Below are positions 29,501-40,224 of a stretch of DNA of 64,000 nucleotides, piece by piece. Each line of letters begins with the position of its first letter. Position 1 is the stretch's first letter. Made by a program: the position numbers and the translations under genes. Source of the DNA: a virus; IMG/VR virus record IMGVR_UViG_3300032246_000381, positions 1-64,000 of that record; one strand, 5' to 3'. The notes beneath the pieces were generated by a model, which worked only from the letters and a program-made list of their open reading frames with translations, searched no databases and had not been told where the DNA came from.

Positions 29501-32500
29501 GTAACTCTCAAAGTAGATCTAGTCGAAGGCGACTATATTGAGATACGAGAGTATATTTCTACATCACATTGTTTCATTCCGGCCACTCCAACCAAATTAG
29601 GATTATACAAAAAATATACTCCTATGATCTTTGTAGATGATACCTACAGAGAACCAAAAACAGTAATTCAAGGACACGATGGTAGCCTTACCGTTGCCTA
29701 CGGTGATTACAGAGATCAATTGTTATTAGAATTAGAATTTAGAATCTATAATAATATTAAACAACAATACGATACATCAATATTTGACATTGATGCAATT
29801 CTCGGTGGGTATTATGGAAATGCTCTATATAACAAGGATCATCTAGATCCAATTGTAGAACAAGAGTTTTTACAATGGATTAAAAATACAAATATTGATT
29901 ATACTAATAATTCTTATTTTATTGATACTGAACCTTTTACCTACACCTATAGTAATATGACCGATCCCGAAAGCAAGGTTAACTTGCCGGGCTATTGGAG
30001 AGGAGTATACAAATGGGCGTTTGATACAGATCGACCACATCGCTGCCCTTGGGAAATGCTAGGCTTCAGTGAAAAACCAACCTGGTGGGATATGCAGTAC
30101 GGTACCGCACCGTATACTAGCGGTAACCTATTGCTCTGGGAAGATCTGCGTGACGGAATTATTCGCCACGGTGATCGTGCGGGAACATATGATCGATACA
30201 AACGTCCAGGATTGCTTGATTATATTCCTGTAGATATCGAGGGTCGATTGGTTAATCCATTGGATTCTGGTTTTGCCGGAAACTTTATATTGATTAATAA
30301 TCGTGGTCCATTTAAACTAGGTGATATCGGACCTGTTGAATATGCTTGGAGATCAAGCTCGGAGTATCCTTTTGCAGTAGCAATCGCATTATGTTTGTTA
30401 AAACCTTTTGAGTTTATCACTGATAGCTTTGACAGGTCTAGAATTAAAATTAATCAGATAGGTCAAACAGTTAGCAAGGATACAGATTTATTTTTAACAT
30501 TGTCTGATTTGACAATTCCGTATCCTGGTGTTGACCTATCATCGGGACTTGTGTGCTATCTTGTAAATTATACACAGTCAAAGGGAAAATCTCTAGATAG
30601 TCTATCCGCAAAAATACAAAGTATTGATGTAAATCTTGCAACACGACTTAGCGGATTTGTTGATAAAGCTCAGCAGAAATATCTGTTAGACAGCAAGAGT
30701 CCAAAATCAGTATCTAGCAGTATATATGTTCCTGCAGAAAATTACGATATTGTATTCAACGTTAGTGCGCCAATCTCTACATTATCTTATAGTGGTGTAA
30801 TTGTTGAAAAGAATGATATCGGATGGCACGTTACCGGATATGATGACATTCATCCTTTCTTCTATTATTACGAAGCGCAGGCAAGCCAAGGAGATCCATT
30901 GCTGTCTATCGGCGGCATTAGCGAAAAATTTATTGATTGGCAACCTGGAAAAGAATTTACCAACGGAATCATCGTAAAAAACAACAATGATTTTTATCGT
31001 GCATTAAGCACTCATACTGATGCAGATGACGGTGCATTATTAGATAAAACTGTTTGGAAAAAATTAGCAAAATTACCTCTAATTGGATCAGTCGATGCTT
31101 ACAAGAGAAGAAAGTTCAATACATTTGAAGTTAGTAAAATTGGTTACGGAACAAGCTTCACTACAATACAGGAAGTTGTAGATTTCCTACTAGGTTATGA
31201 AGCATACCTACAGGGCCAAGGATTTGTGTTTACAAACTATGATCCGGTAAATCAAGTGTCACAAGACTGGACTACTAGCTGTAAAGAATTTATGTTCTGG
31301 ACAAGACATAATTGGGCTGTTGGTTCGCTGATAACTCTAAGTCCAGCAGCTACTAAGATTAACATTGTAAGAACTGTGGGAGTTGCTGATAGTTTATTAG
31401 ACGGCTTCTATGACTACCAGTTGCTTAAGAGTGATGGTAAACCGTTACAACCTCAGTTTATTAATGTTGATAGAACATTCCAAGAAGTAACTGTAGAAAC
31501 AACTAACACAACAGAAGGAATTTATTTCTTAAGATTATACTATGTTCTTAAAGAACACGTTGCTATCTTTGATGATCGTACAGTGTTTAACGATGTTATC
31601 TACGATAAGTCTACAGGATATAGACAACAACGAATTAAATCTCAAGGATTTAGAACAACAGACTGGTACGGTGATTACACCAGTCCTGGATTCTTATTCG
31701 ACAACGTAGACATTGATCTTTGGGAACCGTTTAATGATTATAAATTAGGCGATATTGTAGCCTACAAATCTTATTATTGGACCAGCCTGGCAAATCAACA
31801 GGGCCAAGAAACCTTTGATTATACCTATTGGTCAAAACTAGACAGTGTTCCTGAAAAACAATTAATATCAAATTTTGATTATAAAATTAATCAGTTTGAT
31901 GATTATCTTAATGTAGCATCTGAGGGCATAGGCAATACACAGCGAGAATTAGCTCGTCATACTATCGGTTATCAGGAAAGATCTTATCTTCAAGAACTTG
32001 CAGAAGATCCAGTAACACAGTTCCAATTGTATCAGGGCTTCATTCGAGAAAAAGGTACAAAAAATGCTATTTCAAAGGTGTTTGATAAACTAAGTCGTTA
32101 CAACGGAAACAGTATTGAACTACGTGAAGAGTGGGCATTCCGTGTTGGCCAATTTGGCGGAACTGATCAGTTACGAGAAATTGAAATTGAGCTTCAAAAG
32201 AACAATGTTAAAATTGATCCGCAACCGATCATCGCATCGATTGCTGCATCGGATAACGTAACCAGCGACAAATATTATAGAGTTGCAAAATCTGATTTCA
32301 CAATCTCTCCACTTCCGTATGTTACAGATATCCATCCAGTGACTTCTGAAGAAATGCCTAGTCAGGTTGCTGGCTATGTGAAAACTGATCAGATAGATTT
32401 TGCAGTTTCAACAATTGATGATATTTTAAAACTTGACATTGCATCGGTATTAGAAAATAATCATATTTGGATTACATTCAATGTACCAGACTGGACAATT

Positions 32501-35500
32501 TGGAGATTAAACCAATCGCCGATTTATGTGATAACCGGCGTGTCAAAAACATCAACTACTGTAACGGTTACATTGAATAGAGCACATAATTTAACAGTTG
32601 ATACGATTGTTGGGATACGTGATGTTTTCAATCTTATTGGATTTTATAAAATTATCGCAGTTACTAATACAACATTTAATGTAACAGTATCAGCCTCTGC
32701 ACAAACACCTGTTCTAGATCAAAGCACAATTTCGTCATTGCATTTGTTTACACCAGTTCGTTATGCAGACTATGGAAAATTAGATCCAGAAGCTATTGCA
32801 CTATTACCAGCAGGATCGAAGCTATGGATCGATGATAGTGGCGCCGGCGAGTGGGAAGTAATTAAGAAAAATAAACAATATAAATCTTCAAGTATTACAG
32901 CCTATGGTCTTACTTCACCGATCCGCACCGGTGCAAAAGTTCTTTACAACGATGCATTAAAACAAGTCGTTACAGGTATTCCGGGATCGGGATACGTAGT
33001 TGCCTACATAGAAGTATCAACTAGTACGCCCGGTGAGACAGCATTGAGCACTAAGCAGATTATCGCACCAGCAAGCGAATTCCTAACAGCGTCGATTGGA
33101 TCTTTTGGTTCGGCTATTGCTATAAGTCCAGATAATAAATGGATGGTAGTAGGTGCCCCGTTGGCTAGTGATATTCCTAGCAACTTTATGGGTCCTTTCG
33201 ATCCAATGGCAACGTATTTTCCAGACGAAGTAGTTTTATATAATGGTAAATTATGGAAAGCTAAAACTGATATTAATGCCGACGGAAGCACTAATGCAGC
33301 CTATGATCCAGATAACTGGGTGCTGGCTGAAATCATCGAAGCCTCGGCAAGCTATAGAGGTAAAGGATTCTACCAACAAGGTATGATATCTATCTATGAG
33401 TGGACTAATCAACAGTGGGAAATTGCAGGAACATTTGCAAGCCCAAGACCAGCTATTGGTGAGCAGTTTGGTTCAAATATTTCCATCGGGTCAGACGGAT
33501 CAACATACTTCTTATCTGTTTCAGCAGTAGGCTCGTTAGATGGCACCGGCAGAGTTTATCTGTATAAAGGAGTAGAAACATCGGTAGTTTCTCCAGGCGG
33601 ATATACATCGTCAATAACTACTTGGAAACATCACGATACACAATTATCATTACCTCAACGACTGGCATTAGTTGACGACGGGTCCACTCTTGTTCCAACC
33701 CCAGTTCCAGGACAGTTGGTTGAGATGTTGAAAGAAAATGATCAATTTGGTTACAGTGTTTCAATGAATCAAACAGGATCAATCCTAGCAGTAGGAGCTC
33801 CTAACAGTGACAGTCAGTTCTTTGTAAATTACAAAGGTATCTGGAGACCATCTATTACCTATGTAGGTGGCGATGTTGTACAGCGTGACACATTGTACTA
33901 CAGTCTAGGCTCAACTGTAATATCAAATACCAATGATGATCCTTCTAATTCAGCAGTCTGGGCATCTGTTGGCGATAGTACTCTACGCCGCTCGGGAAAG
34001 GTGTTTATCTATCACAGAAATATTTCCAATGAATTTGAATTAATGCAGACTATTGATGCAGCAACGCTGTCGTCGATCAGTGATATCAGCGATTCAACTG
34101 AAACCATTGATTCTGGAGATAAGTTTGGATTTGCTATCGCACTTGACTATTCGGGTAGAACAATGGTAGTAACTAGCCCAATGGCTGATTTAAATCTTGA
34201 ATATAGAGGATCTGCCTATGTACTACAAACAGAGTCAGTATCAACTCCAAGATTCAGATTAAAACAAAAATTAAAGAACTTTGAAAGTTATTACGACGAA
34301 TATTTTGGCCAGAGCGTTGCAATCACAGCCAATAGCGAAACGATTGTTGTAGGTGCAAAAAATTCTCCAGGTAACACTACGGGTGATGCAGGAGCAGTCT
34401 ATGTATTTGAAAGAAAAACAATACCTCTAAAAGATCGTTACGATCTTACTATAGGCGGAGCAGATTATTATTTCCTTGCTGAAAAATTAACTGCAACACT
34501 ATCACCGTTTGAATCTTTCGGCGCAAGCGTTGATTGCCAAGGTGCTGCTATTGTAGTCGGTTCTCCGGATTACTATTCAACTGCTGGAGCTAATACTGGT
34601 AATGTTAGATTATTCAAGAAAGACCCAACAGTTAACTCTTGGGAAAAAGTAACATATCAATTACCGGTAGTTGATATTGAAAAGATCAAGAGCATTGCAT
34701 TATACGACAATGTTCGTGACTTAAAAATACAGGATTTAGATATTGTAGATCCAGCTAAACTTAAAATTTTAAACGAAGCTGAACAAGAAATTACATTTAA
34801 AACACCATTTGATCCTGCGATATATTCTATAGGTACAGATGCACAGATAGTTATTCCAACACAGGAATGGGATAAACCATTTGTAGGAAAAATATGGTGG
34901 AATATATCTACTGCTAAATGGCTGTACTACGAGCAAGGTGATATTTCTTATAAGATCGGAAACTGGGGAGTACTAGCACCTGGCGCCAGCATCGACATAT
35001 ATGAGTGGGTTGAAACTCCGTTGCTTCCGTCAGAATGGGCCGCCGTTGCAGATACCAACGATGGAGTTGCTAACGGAATATCCGGCCAACCATTGTATCC
35101 AAACAACGATGTTTATTCGCTAAAAGTATTGTACAATCCAACAACAGGGTTAGCCACTAACACATTATATTATTACTGGGTTAAAAATAAGACTGTTACG
35201 CCTACAGGCCTAGCAGGAAGAAAAATTCCTGCTTCGACAATAGCTTCGTATATTTCTAATCCAGCCGGCGCTGGCACAGCATTTGTATCTGTTATTAGCT
35301 CTGATTCGATGTTGGTTTATAATTTAAGATCAGTTATGTCTTCGGACACTGCGTTATTAAACATACAGTACCATAAAGATAATAAATCTTTGAATGCAAT
35401 ACACAACGAATATCAGTTATTAGTTGAAGGCGATCCAGAAGGCGTTCCGGCAAAAGCACTAGAGGAAAAATGGCTTGACAGCCTAGTAGGATATGATGCT

Positions 35501-38500
35501 GTTGGTAATCGTGTACCTGATCCTGGGTTACCAGCGAAACAGAGATACGGTGTTTCTTTTAGACCGCGTCAGGGTATGTTTGTCGATCGAGCAGCAGCAT
35601 TAAAAATTGTTATACAGAATGTCAATCATTTCTTACTACAGCTTCCATTCGTTGATGTTGCAGATTTTACATATCTAAATTTAATAGATCCTATTCCAAA
35701 TAATTTATATAATTTGTATGATCTTTCAATAGACACTGTTGATCAGCTTTCAACTGTAGGTACGGTTAGAGTGAAACCAGCTATTCTTTCTGTAAATCTA
35801 GTCAACGGTGAAGTAGATACTATTGATATAATAGCACAGGGATTTGGTTACAAAGTTACTCCTCCAATTGTAATTGACGGTGACGGTATAGGTGCAACAG
35901 CTGAGTGTACTATTGATAATCAAGGTAAAGTTATCGCAGTAAAAGTACTGACTAGGGGAAAGAAATATTCAGTAGCTAACGGTATCGTACGTAAGTTTTC
36001 TGTGTTAGTAGTTTCTGATAGCACTGCTAATGGCAACTGGGAAATTTATTCCTGGGATACTGATAAACAGACATTCTATAGAAGTAAATCTCAAGCATAT
36101 GATACAACCAAGTATTGGTCTCTAGTTGATTGGTGGGCTACAAAATATGAAGTAGGCGATCTTGTGCCTATTCCATTATACAGCGACTCGTCTAGAATCG
36201 TTAAAGAAATACAAGATATCTCTTTAGAACCGACTATCTATACACAGATTGGTGATTTAATTAGAATTAAAGAATATGCATCTGGCGGCTGGGCCGTATT
36301 TTTAAAAATTGCTGAAGGTGGATCTTTCTCTGAAAATTATCAACAGGTAGGACGTAAAGAAGGAACATTACAAATAAGCCAAGAGTTCTATAGAGCTGCG
36401 TTGGCCGGCACAGGTTACGATAACAATCGTGCTTACGATACTAATTTATATGATGTAGAAAATGCTAAAGAATTAAGAAATATTTTAAAAGCAGTGAAAG
36501 ATAATGCCGCTAATCTAGGCTACGGCGAGCTATGGAGTAATCTATTCTTTATCAGTATAAGACACGTTCTATCAGAACAAAAGTATGTTGATTGGTTCTT
36601 TAAGACTAGCTTCTTAAAAGCTATTCACAATGTTGGATCGTTTGAAGAACGCTTAAATTATAAAAACGATAATCTAGCCAGCTTTCAAGCATACGTCGAT
36701 GAAGTTAAACCATATCGTACAACTATCCGTGAATATGTTAGCCGATATGACACTATAGAGCCATTTGGAGGAGCAACATCAGACTTCGATATTCCGCCAG
36801 CATATTCTCCAACAGAAGGTCGTATCAATGCTCTGTCGTTAACAGACGAAAGATTAAATTCTTATCCTTGGAAATGGTGGACTGATAATCATAAATTCTC
36901 TATCGTCGATATACAAATATCATATGCAGGTACTGAATATACAGCACCGCCAACTGTGGTAATCGATGGCGATGGCACAGGTGCAACTGCAAAAGCATAT
37001 ATTTCTAACGGCGAAGTATCTGGAATACAGATACTAACAGGCGGTGAAAACTATACAACAGCCACAGTTACACTTGTCGGGGGTAACGGCAACAGCTTGG
37101 ATAGAGCTAAAGCAGTGGCTATTTTAGGAGATACTAAATCTAGAACATTTGGTATCACATTGAAATTTGATAGAATTTCAAAAGAAGGAATCTATCAAGA
37201 ATTTTTACAACAACAGACATTTATAGCGCCAGGTGATTCTGCAGTATTTGAATTAAGCTATGCACCTACTAGCGATAAGAACAAAATTAAATTGTTTAGA
37301 AATGGCCAAGTAGTTTATAAAGATGAATATTCTATCAGTTTATATAAATCAAATACTGATTTGTACTCCTTGTTAAAAGGTAAAATCATATTCAAGCAAG
37401 TGCCTGCAGAAAACGATACGATATTAGTTATCTATGATAAAAATGATCAACTGTTAGACAGTGTTAATAGAATACAGAAATATTATCTAACAAATTCTGA
37501 TAACAGTGTTGCTGGGCTAGCCGGCAAAGAACTTTCACAGTTAATGACTGGATTTGATTTTGGTGGTGTACAGGTTCAAGGAACTACTTTTGAAGTAACT
37601 GGTGGTTGGGACGCTCTTCCTTGGTTTACGGATGGTTGGGATAGCGTTGAGTCATCTCAGGACATATACTATGTCTGTGATGGTAGTACCGCACAGTATA
37701 CTTTTGCGGTTGCTCCTCCTGCAGGAGATGTAATTAACATTTATATTAAGCGCAAGGGTACAACAGATGCAGTAAGAATCGACGACCCGATGTTTACTCC
37801 AATGTGGGATTCGTCAATGGCGACAAATCCAAATGCAGAACTACCTACATTTGTTGGCGACGGCTCAACTAGAGTTATTGAACTTGGTCAGTATATTAGT
37901 ACAGAAGCAGACGATATATTGATTTTTAGAACGCTTGACAGCGATGGTTCGGTATCTATTAACGATCCTAACATTCTAGACACCAAGTTATCAGGCGGCA
38001 CACTAGCATCAATGGCAGGTGCATACAGCACTGCTTCGGGTATTGCTGCAGAGGATATCGTGATCGAAGGCGGAGAATTTGTTAGCCCAGATCAAGTTCC
38101 TGCAACCGAAGAAAATGTTCCAGGGCAGGTATTAGATAGCCTAAGCATCAAAGTATTCCAAAGTTCTATTGATGGAGTCGCGCCAATTAATTCCAGAACT
38201 TTAATTAGCGATGGCACAACAAGAAATTATGACATTGGTATTAAGGTATTAGAATTTACATCAGTATTGGTATACAAAAATAAAACACGTATGCTGTTAG
38301 GTACAGATTATGATTTGTATCTTAAAACACAGAAATTAACATTTACAAATACTCCATTAGCCGGTGATGTTATTGAAATTATTGCATTGGGAATTGGCGG
38401 CCATTCGTTATTAGATTATCAAGAATTTGTTGCAGACGGCGACACTAGTTTATTTTTATCAAATGCTAATTTCTTAGATACATCGTCTGTATTTGTTACA

Positions 38501-40216
38501 GTTAATGGCGTATATCAAGATATTGGATTTATAGATAGTACCGGTGTTGTTGATGCAACTGGCAAAACGCTAGTTCAGTTTGGCAACAAGCCGACTGCTA
38601 ACGATGTAATCTTTATTTTAGTATTAGGTAGCAATTCTGGAGCAGTTCTAGATGGCAGAGGAGTTGTTAGAGTTAACCAACAGATATTCATCTACGACAA
38701 TAGCACAAGAGCATACAGTTTAGATAACTCAATTATTCACGATCCGCTATCGACTACACCAGTAACTTATAGTGCTAGTAACTTTACCAATATCGAAGGA
38801 GCGTCTGCAGAATCTTCGATGATAGTAGAAATCAATGGTCGAGCTCTAAACGGTCCAGACTCTACCTACTTTGTCTATGACGGAATTAAAAATGAATTTG
38901 TGTTAGGTGTTGATCCTTTAGTGCCGTCTGGTTCTATTCTAACAAGTAATATTAAATGTTATATCAATAATAGATTAGCATCATTTATTCAAGACTATGT
39001 ATTCGACGGTAGCTTTAAAACAATTACAATTTCTAAAACTTCATTAACTAAAAATGATGTAATTAAGATCGTAACAGACTTTAATTCAGAATATAGAATC
39101 GTAGACAACAGTATTGTATTAGACGAAGCACTAATTGTCCCTTCGACAGCAACTATCAAAGTTACTTGGTTTGGAGAATATCCTTCTATGAAATTTGTAT
39201 CAGACGAATTCACAGGTGGAAAAATCAAATATCAACTAGCACATTCTCCGTTGTCTGGTAGTTATGTATGGGTTTACAAAAACGGTAACAGATTAACTCT
39301 AGACCAAGATTATAGTGTTGACATCAATCGTGCAGAATTATATCTAACAGCTAAATCCACATCAGCTGATCAAATCAAGGTATTATTATTTGGATCTGAA
39401 ATATTTAAATTACCTACTGCTTGGGAAATTTCAAAAGATATGTTAAACATATATCATTTCAAGAGATTCTCACAGTCGAGCGATGTTGTTCTAGCAAGAG
39501 CGTTAAACTATTACGATACTGAAATTTTAGTAACTGATGCATCACAATTATCAACCCCAATTTTAACTAGAAATATTCCTGGAGTAGTTTTAATTAATGG
39601 CGAGAAAATAGAGTATCTACAAAAAACAGGAAATACTCTGAGACAGTTACGAAGAGGTACAGTTGGAACAGCAATTAAAGCAGTTCACGCTGCGGGTAGT
39701 TATGTAGTTGATGTAGGACCAGAAGAAACTATTCCATATAATGAAGAACAGGAAAGAGCTGATTTTGTTAGTGATGGAGTAGCAGACGATTCAACTATCG
39801 GCTCTTACAAAACTATCGGCCAGCTAGATTTTATACCCGTACAAGGCACACGTTCAACTGCTTGGTTTAGAGGTACGATTCCGAATACATTTGGTCCTTG
39901 CGATCAAATAGAAGTATTTGTTGCAGGTCGCAGACTTCGTAAGGATCCAGTAAATGTGTATAATGAAGCCCTTGGAGCATCAAGCCCTGTAGCAGATGTA
40001 ACGTTGGAAGCAGAGTTTTCAGTAGACGGAATAACTCCGTATATCCGATTAACTACAACACCTCCGGCTGGTACAAGAGTTACAATTATTAAACGGACAG
40101 GCAAAACCTGGTACGATCGTGGTGTAGATACAGCAACTTCGGGTGTAACGTTCTTAGAAAACGATTCCTCAATTGCTACTTTCATCGCAAAGCGTACAAC
40201 GAAATTGCCAGAATAA
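26555..40216 (+). CDS. Giant multidomain baseplate/structural protein (about 4,550 aa; gp7-like position)
   Basis: Single uninterrupted ORF after gp6 with FG-GAP-like repeats, CBM5/12-like modules and repeated beta-sandwich units; ATG 26555 preferred over GTG 26546. Confidence 0.75.
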   Translation: MAKSIYPQSQLPIRRTVELLPSIFRTGANSKFMSAVVDPLVQPGVLQKTVGYIGRRYGKTYQGKDVYLDNDNTLRSRYQLEPGVTYKINGKITNFYDYIDFKNQLKFFGNDDDRDDAITSQQHYSWNPPIDWDKYVNFREYYWEPDGPPPVTILGQAGKITSSYKVRLGLGSFIFTPDGATNNPQLFLFRGQTYKFNVNVPNSGLVIRTKYDTGSLRYNPNLGYEIGAVVLFDEKLWRAKSQIPPGDGSTIDIDTADWQLISVADHTTVLDFNEGVTNNGIENGTITFKVPFDAPDVLFYQSKTDPDKFGQFVISNIDENTQLDIDKDIIGKSSYVSSNGVTLTNGLIVEFGGKVTPSQYASSNWLVEGVGNAITLTLFSDLIVPVLTKDVPEVLFDNEGFDTQPFDDATAYPSQLDYITITRNSKDSNPWSRYNRWFHRSVLDYAHGLRGVNYSAPEDARAKRPIIEFNPNIQLFNHGAVSKKVVDYIDNFTTDIFSKIEGSTGYNIDGEFLFEGARILVVADTDSLANNRIYKVNFIKFNNNVQINLKLEKDGESLTDECVLVRRGTTNAGLMYHFNGDTWQLSQLKTKVNQPPLFDAYDSNGISFADLSVYPVSSFLGTTLFEYNQGTSGVNDSQLGFPLTYLNIDNLGDIKFNWTWDSDVFYYTSNTNITESKLISTGYYKENAEYKNGWISTNLEYIQPLIDSVLISTPTNVVKLTTLDWEAVTDSSMLVINFYLNGTKITDNPWTRERGIFTFTTPFAETDILSVKIITDVNHVTGYFEIPSGLEKNPLNQKLTSFTFGQAIDHVVSALEFDERFQGTVPGKSNLRDLVDYQNNAKRFLKHSGSAPLALALLCDKENNIIKSLQYAKQQYTEFKNNFLARSVELEYTNSIPDFVDNIIQSLTSTKTVASPFADSDMIGSGAYSTVTYTVEDTGIKTFALKQSFSLEQLSRNAVYVYVNDQQLLVNSQYEFNATFGFVTLKVDLVEGDYIEIREYISTSHCFIPATPTKLGLYKKYTPMIFVDDTYREPKTVIQGHDGSLTVAYGDYRDQLLLELEFRIYNNIKQQYDTSIFDIDAILGGYYGNALYNKDHLDPIVEQEFLQWIKNTNIDYTNNSYFIDTEPFTYTYSNMTDPESKVNLPGYWRGVYKWAFDTDRPHRCPWEMLGFSEKPTWWDMQYGTAPYTSGNLLLWEDLRDGIIRHGDRAGTYDRYKRPGLLDYIPVDIEGRLVNPLDSGFAGNFILINNRGPFKLGDIGPVEYAWRSSSEYPFAVAIALCLLKPFEFITDSFDRSRIKINQIGQTVSKDTDLFLTLSDLTIPYPGVDLSSGLVCYLVNYTQSKGKSLDSLSAKIQSIDVNLATRLSGFVDKAQQKYLLDSKSPKSVSSSIYVPAENYDIVFNVSAPISTLSYSGVIVEKNDIGWHVTGYDDIHPFFYYYEAQASQGDPLLSIGGISEKFIDWQPGKEFTNGIIVKNNNDFYRALSTHTDADDGALLDKTVWKKLAKLPLIGSVDAYKRRKFNTFEVSKIGYGTSFTTIQEVVDFLLGYEAYLQGQGFVFTNYDPVNQVSQDWTTSCKEFMFWTRHNWAVGSLITLSPAATKINIVRTVGVADSLLDGFYDYQLLKSDGKPLQPQFINVDRTFQEVTVETTNTTEGIYFLRLYYVLKEHVAIFDDRTVFNDVIYDKSTGYRQQRIKSQGFRTTDWYGDYTSPGFLFDNVDIDLWEPFNDYKLGDIVAYKSYYWTSLANQQGQETFDYTYWSKLDSVPEKQLISNFDYKINQFDDYLNVASEGIGNTQRELARHTIGYQERSYLQELAEDPVTQFQLYQGFIREKGTKNAISKVFDKLSRYNGNSIELREEWAFRVGQFGGTDQLREIEIELQKNNVKIDPQPIIASIAASDNVTSDKYYRVAKSDFTISPLPYVTDIHPVTSEEMPSQVAGYVKTDQIDFAVSTIDDILKLDIASVLENNHIWITFNVPDWTIWRLNQSPIYVITGVSKTSTTVTVTLNRAHNLTVDTIVGIRDVFNLIGFYKIIAVTNTTFNVTVSASAQTPVLDQSTISSLHLFTPVRYADYGKLDPEAIALLPAGSKLWIDDSGAGEWEVIKKNKQYKSSSITAYGLTSPIRTGAKVLYNDALKQVVTGIPGSGYVVAYIEVSTSTPGETALSTKQIIAPASEFLTASIGSFGSAIAISPDNKWMVVGAPLASDIPSNFMGPFDPMATYFPDEVVLYNGKLWKAKTDINADGSTNAAYDPDNWVLAEIIEASASYRGKGFYQQGMISIYEWTNQQWEIAGTFASPRPAIGEQFGSNISIGSDGSTYFLSVSAVGSLDGTGRVYLYKGVETSVVSPGGYTSSITTWKHHDTQLSLPQRLALVDDGSTLVPTPVPGQLVEMLKENDQFGYSVSMNQTGSILAVGAPNSDSQFFVNYKGIWRPSITYVGGDVVQRDTLYYSLGSTVISNTNDDPSNSAVWASVGDSTLRRSGKVFIYHRNISNEFELMQTIDAATLSSISDISDSTETIDSGDKFGFAIALDYSGRTMVVTSPMADLNLEYRGSAYVLQTESVSTPRFRLKQKLKNFESYYDEYFGQSVAITANSETIVVGAKNSPGNTTGDAGAVYVFERKTIPLKDRYDLTIGGADYYFLAEKLTATLSPFESFGASVDCQGAAIVVGSPDYYSTAGANTGNVRLFKKDPTVNSWEKVTYQLPVVDIEKIKSIALYDNVRDLKIQDLDIVDPAKLKILNEAEQEITFKTPFDPAIYSIGTDAQIVIPTQEWDKPFVGKIWWNISTAKWLYYEQGDISYKIGNWGVLAPGASIDIYEWVETPLLPSEWAAVADTNDGVANGISGQPLYPNNDVYSLKVLYNPTTGLATNTLYYYWVKNKTVTPTGLAGRKIPASTIASYISNPAGAGTAFVSVISSDSMLVYNLRSVMSSDTALLNIQYHKDNKSLNAIHNEYQLLVEGDPEGVPAKALEEKWLDSLVGYDAVGNRVPDPGLPAKQRYGVSFRPRQGMFVDRAAALKIVIQNVNHFLLQLPFVDVADFTYLNLIDPIPNNLYNLYDLSIDTVDQLSTVGTVRVKPAILSVNLVNGEVDTIDIIAQGFGYKVTPPIVIDGDGIGATAECTIDNQGKVIAVKVLTRGKKYSVANGIVRKFSVLVVSDSTANGNWEIYSWDTDKQTFYRSKSQAYDTTKYWSLVDWWATKYEVGDLVPIPLYSDSSRIVKEIQDISLEPTIYTQIGDLIRIKEYASGGWAVFLKIAEGGSFSENYQQVGRKEGTLQISQEFYRAALAGTGYDNNRAYDTNLYDVENAKELRNILKAVKDNAANLGYGELWSNLFFISIRHVLSEQKYVDWFFKTSFLKAIHNVGSFEERLNYKNDNLASFQAYVDEVKPYRTTIREYVSRYDTIEPFGGATSDFDIPPAYSPTEGRINALSLTDERLNSYPWKWWTDNHKFSIVDIQISYAGTEYTAPPTVVIDGDGTGATAKAYISNGEVSGIQILTGGENYTTATVTLVGGNGNSLDRAKAVAILGDTKSRTFGITLKFDRISKEGIYQEFLQQQTFIAPGDSAVFELSYAPTSDKNKIKLFRNGQVVYKDEYSISLYKSNTDLYSLLKGKIIFKQVPAENDTILVIYDKNDQLLDSVNRIQKYYLTNSDNSVAGLAGKELSQLMTGFDFGGVQVQGTTFEVTGGWDALPWFTDGWDSVESSQDIYYVCDGSTAQYTFAVAPPAGDVINIYIKRKGTTDAVRIDDPMFTPMWDSSMATNPNAELPTFVGDGSTRVIELGQYISTEADDILIFRTLDSDGSVSINDPNILDTKLSGGTLASMAGAYSTASGIAAEDIVIEGGEFVSPDQVPATEENVPGQVLDSLSIKVFQSSIDGVAPINSRTLISDGTTRNYDIGIKVLEFTSVLVYKNKTRMLLGTDYDLYLKTQKLTFTNTPLAGDVIEIIALGIGGHSLLDYQEFVADGDTSLFLSNANFLDTSSVFVTVNGVYQDIGFIDSTGVVDATGKTLVQFGNKPTANDVIFILVLGSNSGAVLDGRGVVRVNQQIFIYDNSTRAYSLDNSIIHDPLSTTPVTYSASNFTNIEGASAESSMIVEINGRALNGPDSTYFVYDGIKNEFVLGVDPLVPSGSILTSNIKCYINNRLASFIQDYVFDGSFKTITISKTSLTKNDVIKIVTDFNSEYRIVDNSIVLDEALIVPSTATIKVTWFGEYPSMKFVSDEFTGGKIKYQLAHSPLSGSYVWVYKNGNRLTLDQDYSVDINRAELYLTAKSTSADQIKVLLFGSEIFKLPTAWEISKDMLNIYHFKRFSQSSDVVLARALNYYDTEILVTDASQLSTPILTRNIPGVVLINGEKIEYLQKTGNTLRQLRRGTVGTAIKAVHAAGSYVVDVGPEETIPYNEEQERADFVSDGVADDSTIGSYKTIGQLDFIPVQGTRSTAWFRGTIPNTFGPCDQIEVFVAGRRLRKDPVNVYNEALGASSPVADVTLEAEFSVDGITPYIRLTTTPPAGTRVTIIKRTGKTWYDRGVDTATSGVTFLENDSSIATFIAKRTTKLPE

Positions 40217-40219
40217 ATA
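40214..40219 (+). promoter_or_regulatory. Late promoter TAAATA overlapping the giant-gene stop codon
   Basis: gaaTAAATAcaactATG. Confidence 0.6.
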
Positions 40220-40224
40220 CAACT

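Noticed and set aside
26555-40216. Intein or intron in the giant gene or core genes
   Set aside because: No intein splice motifs, LAGLIDADG motifs or frame breaks noticed
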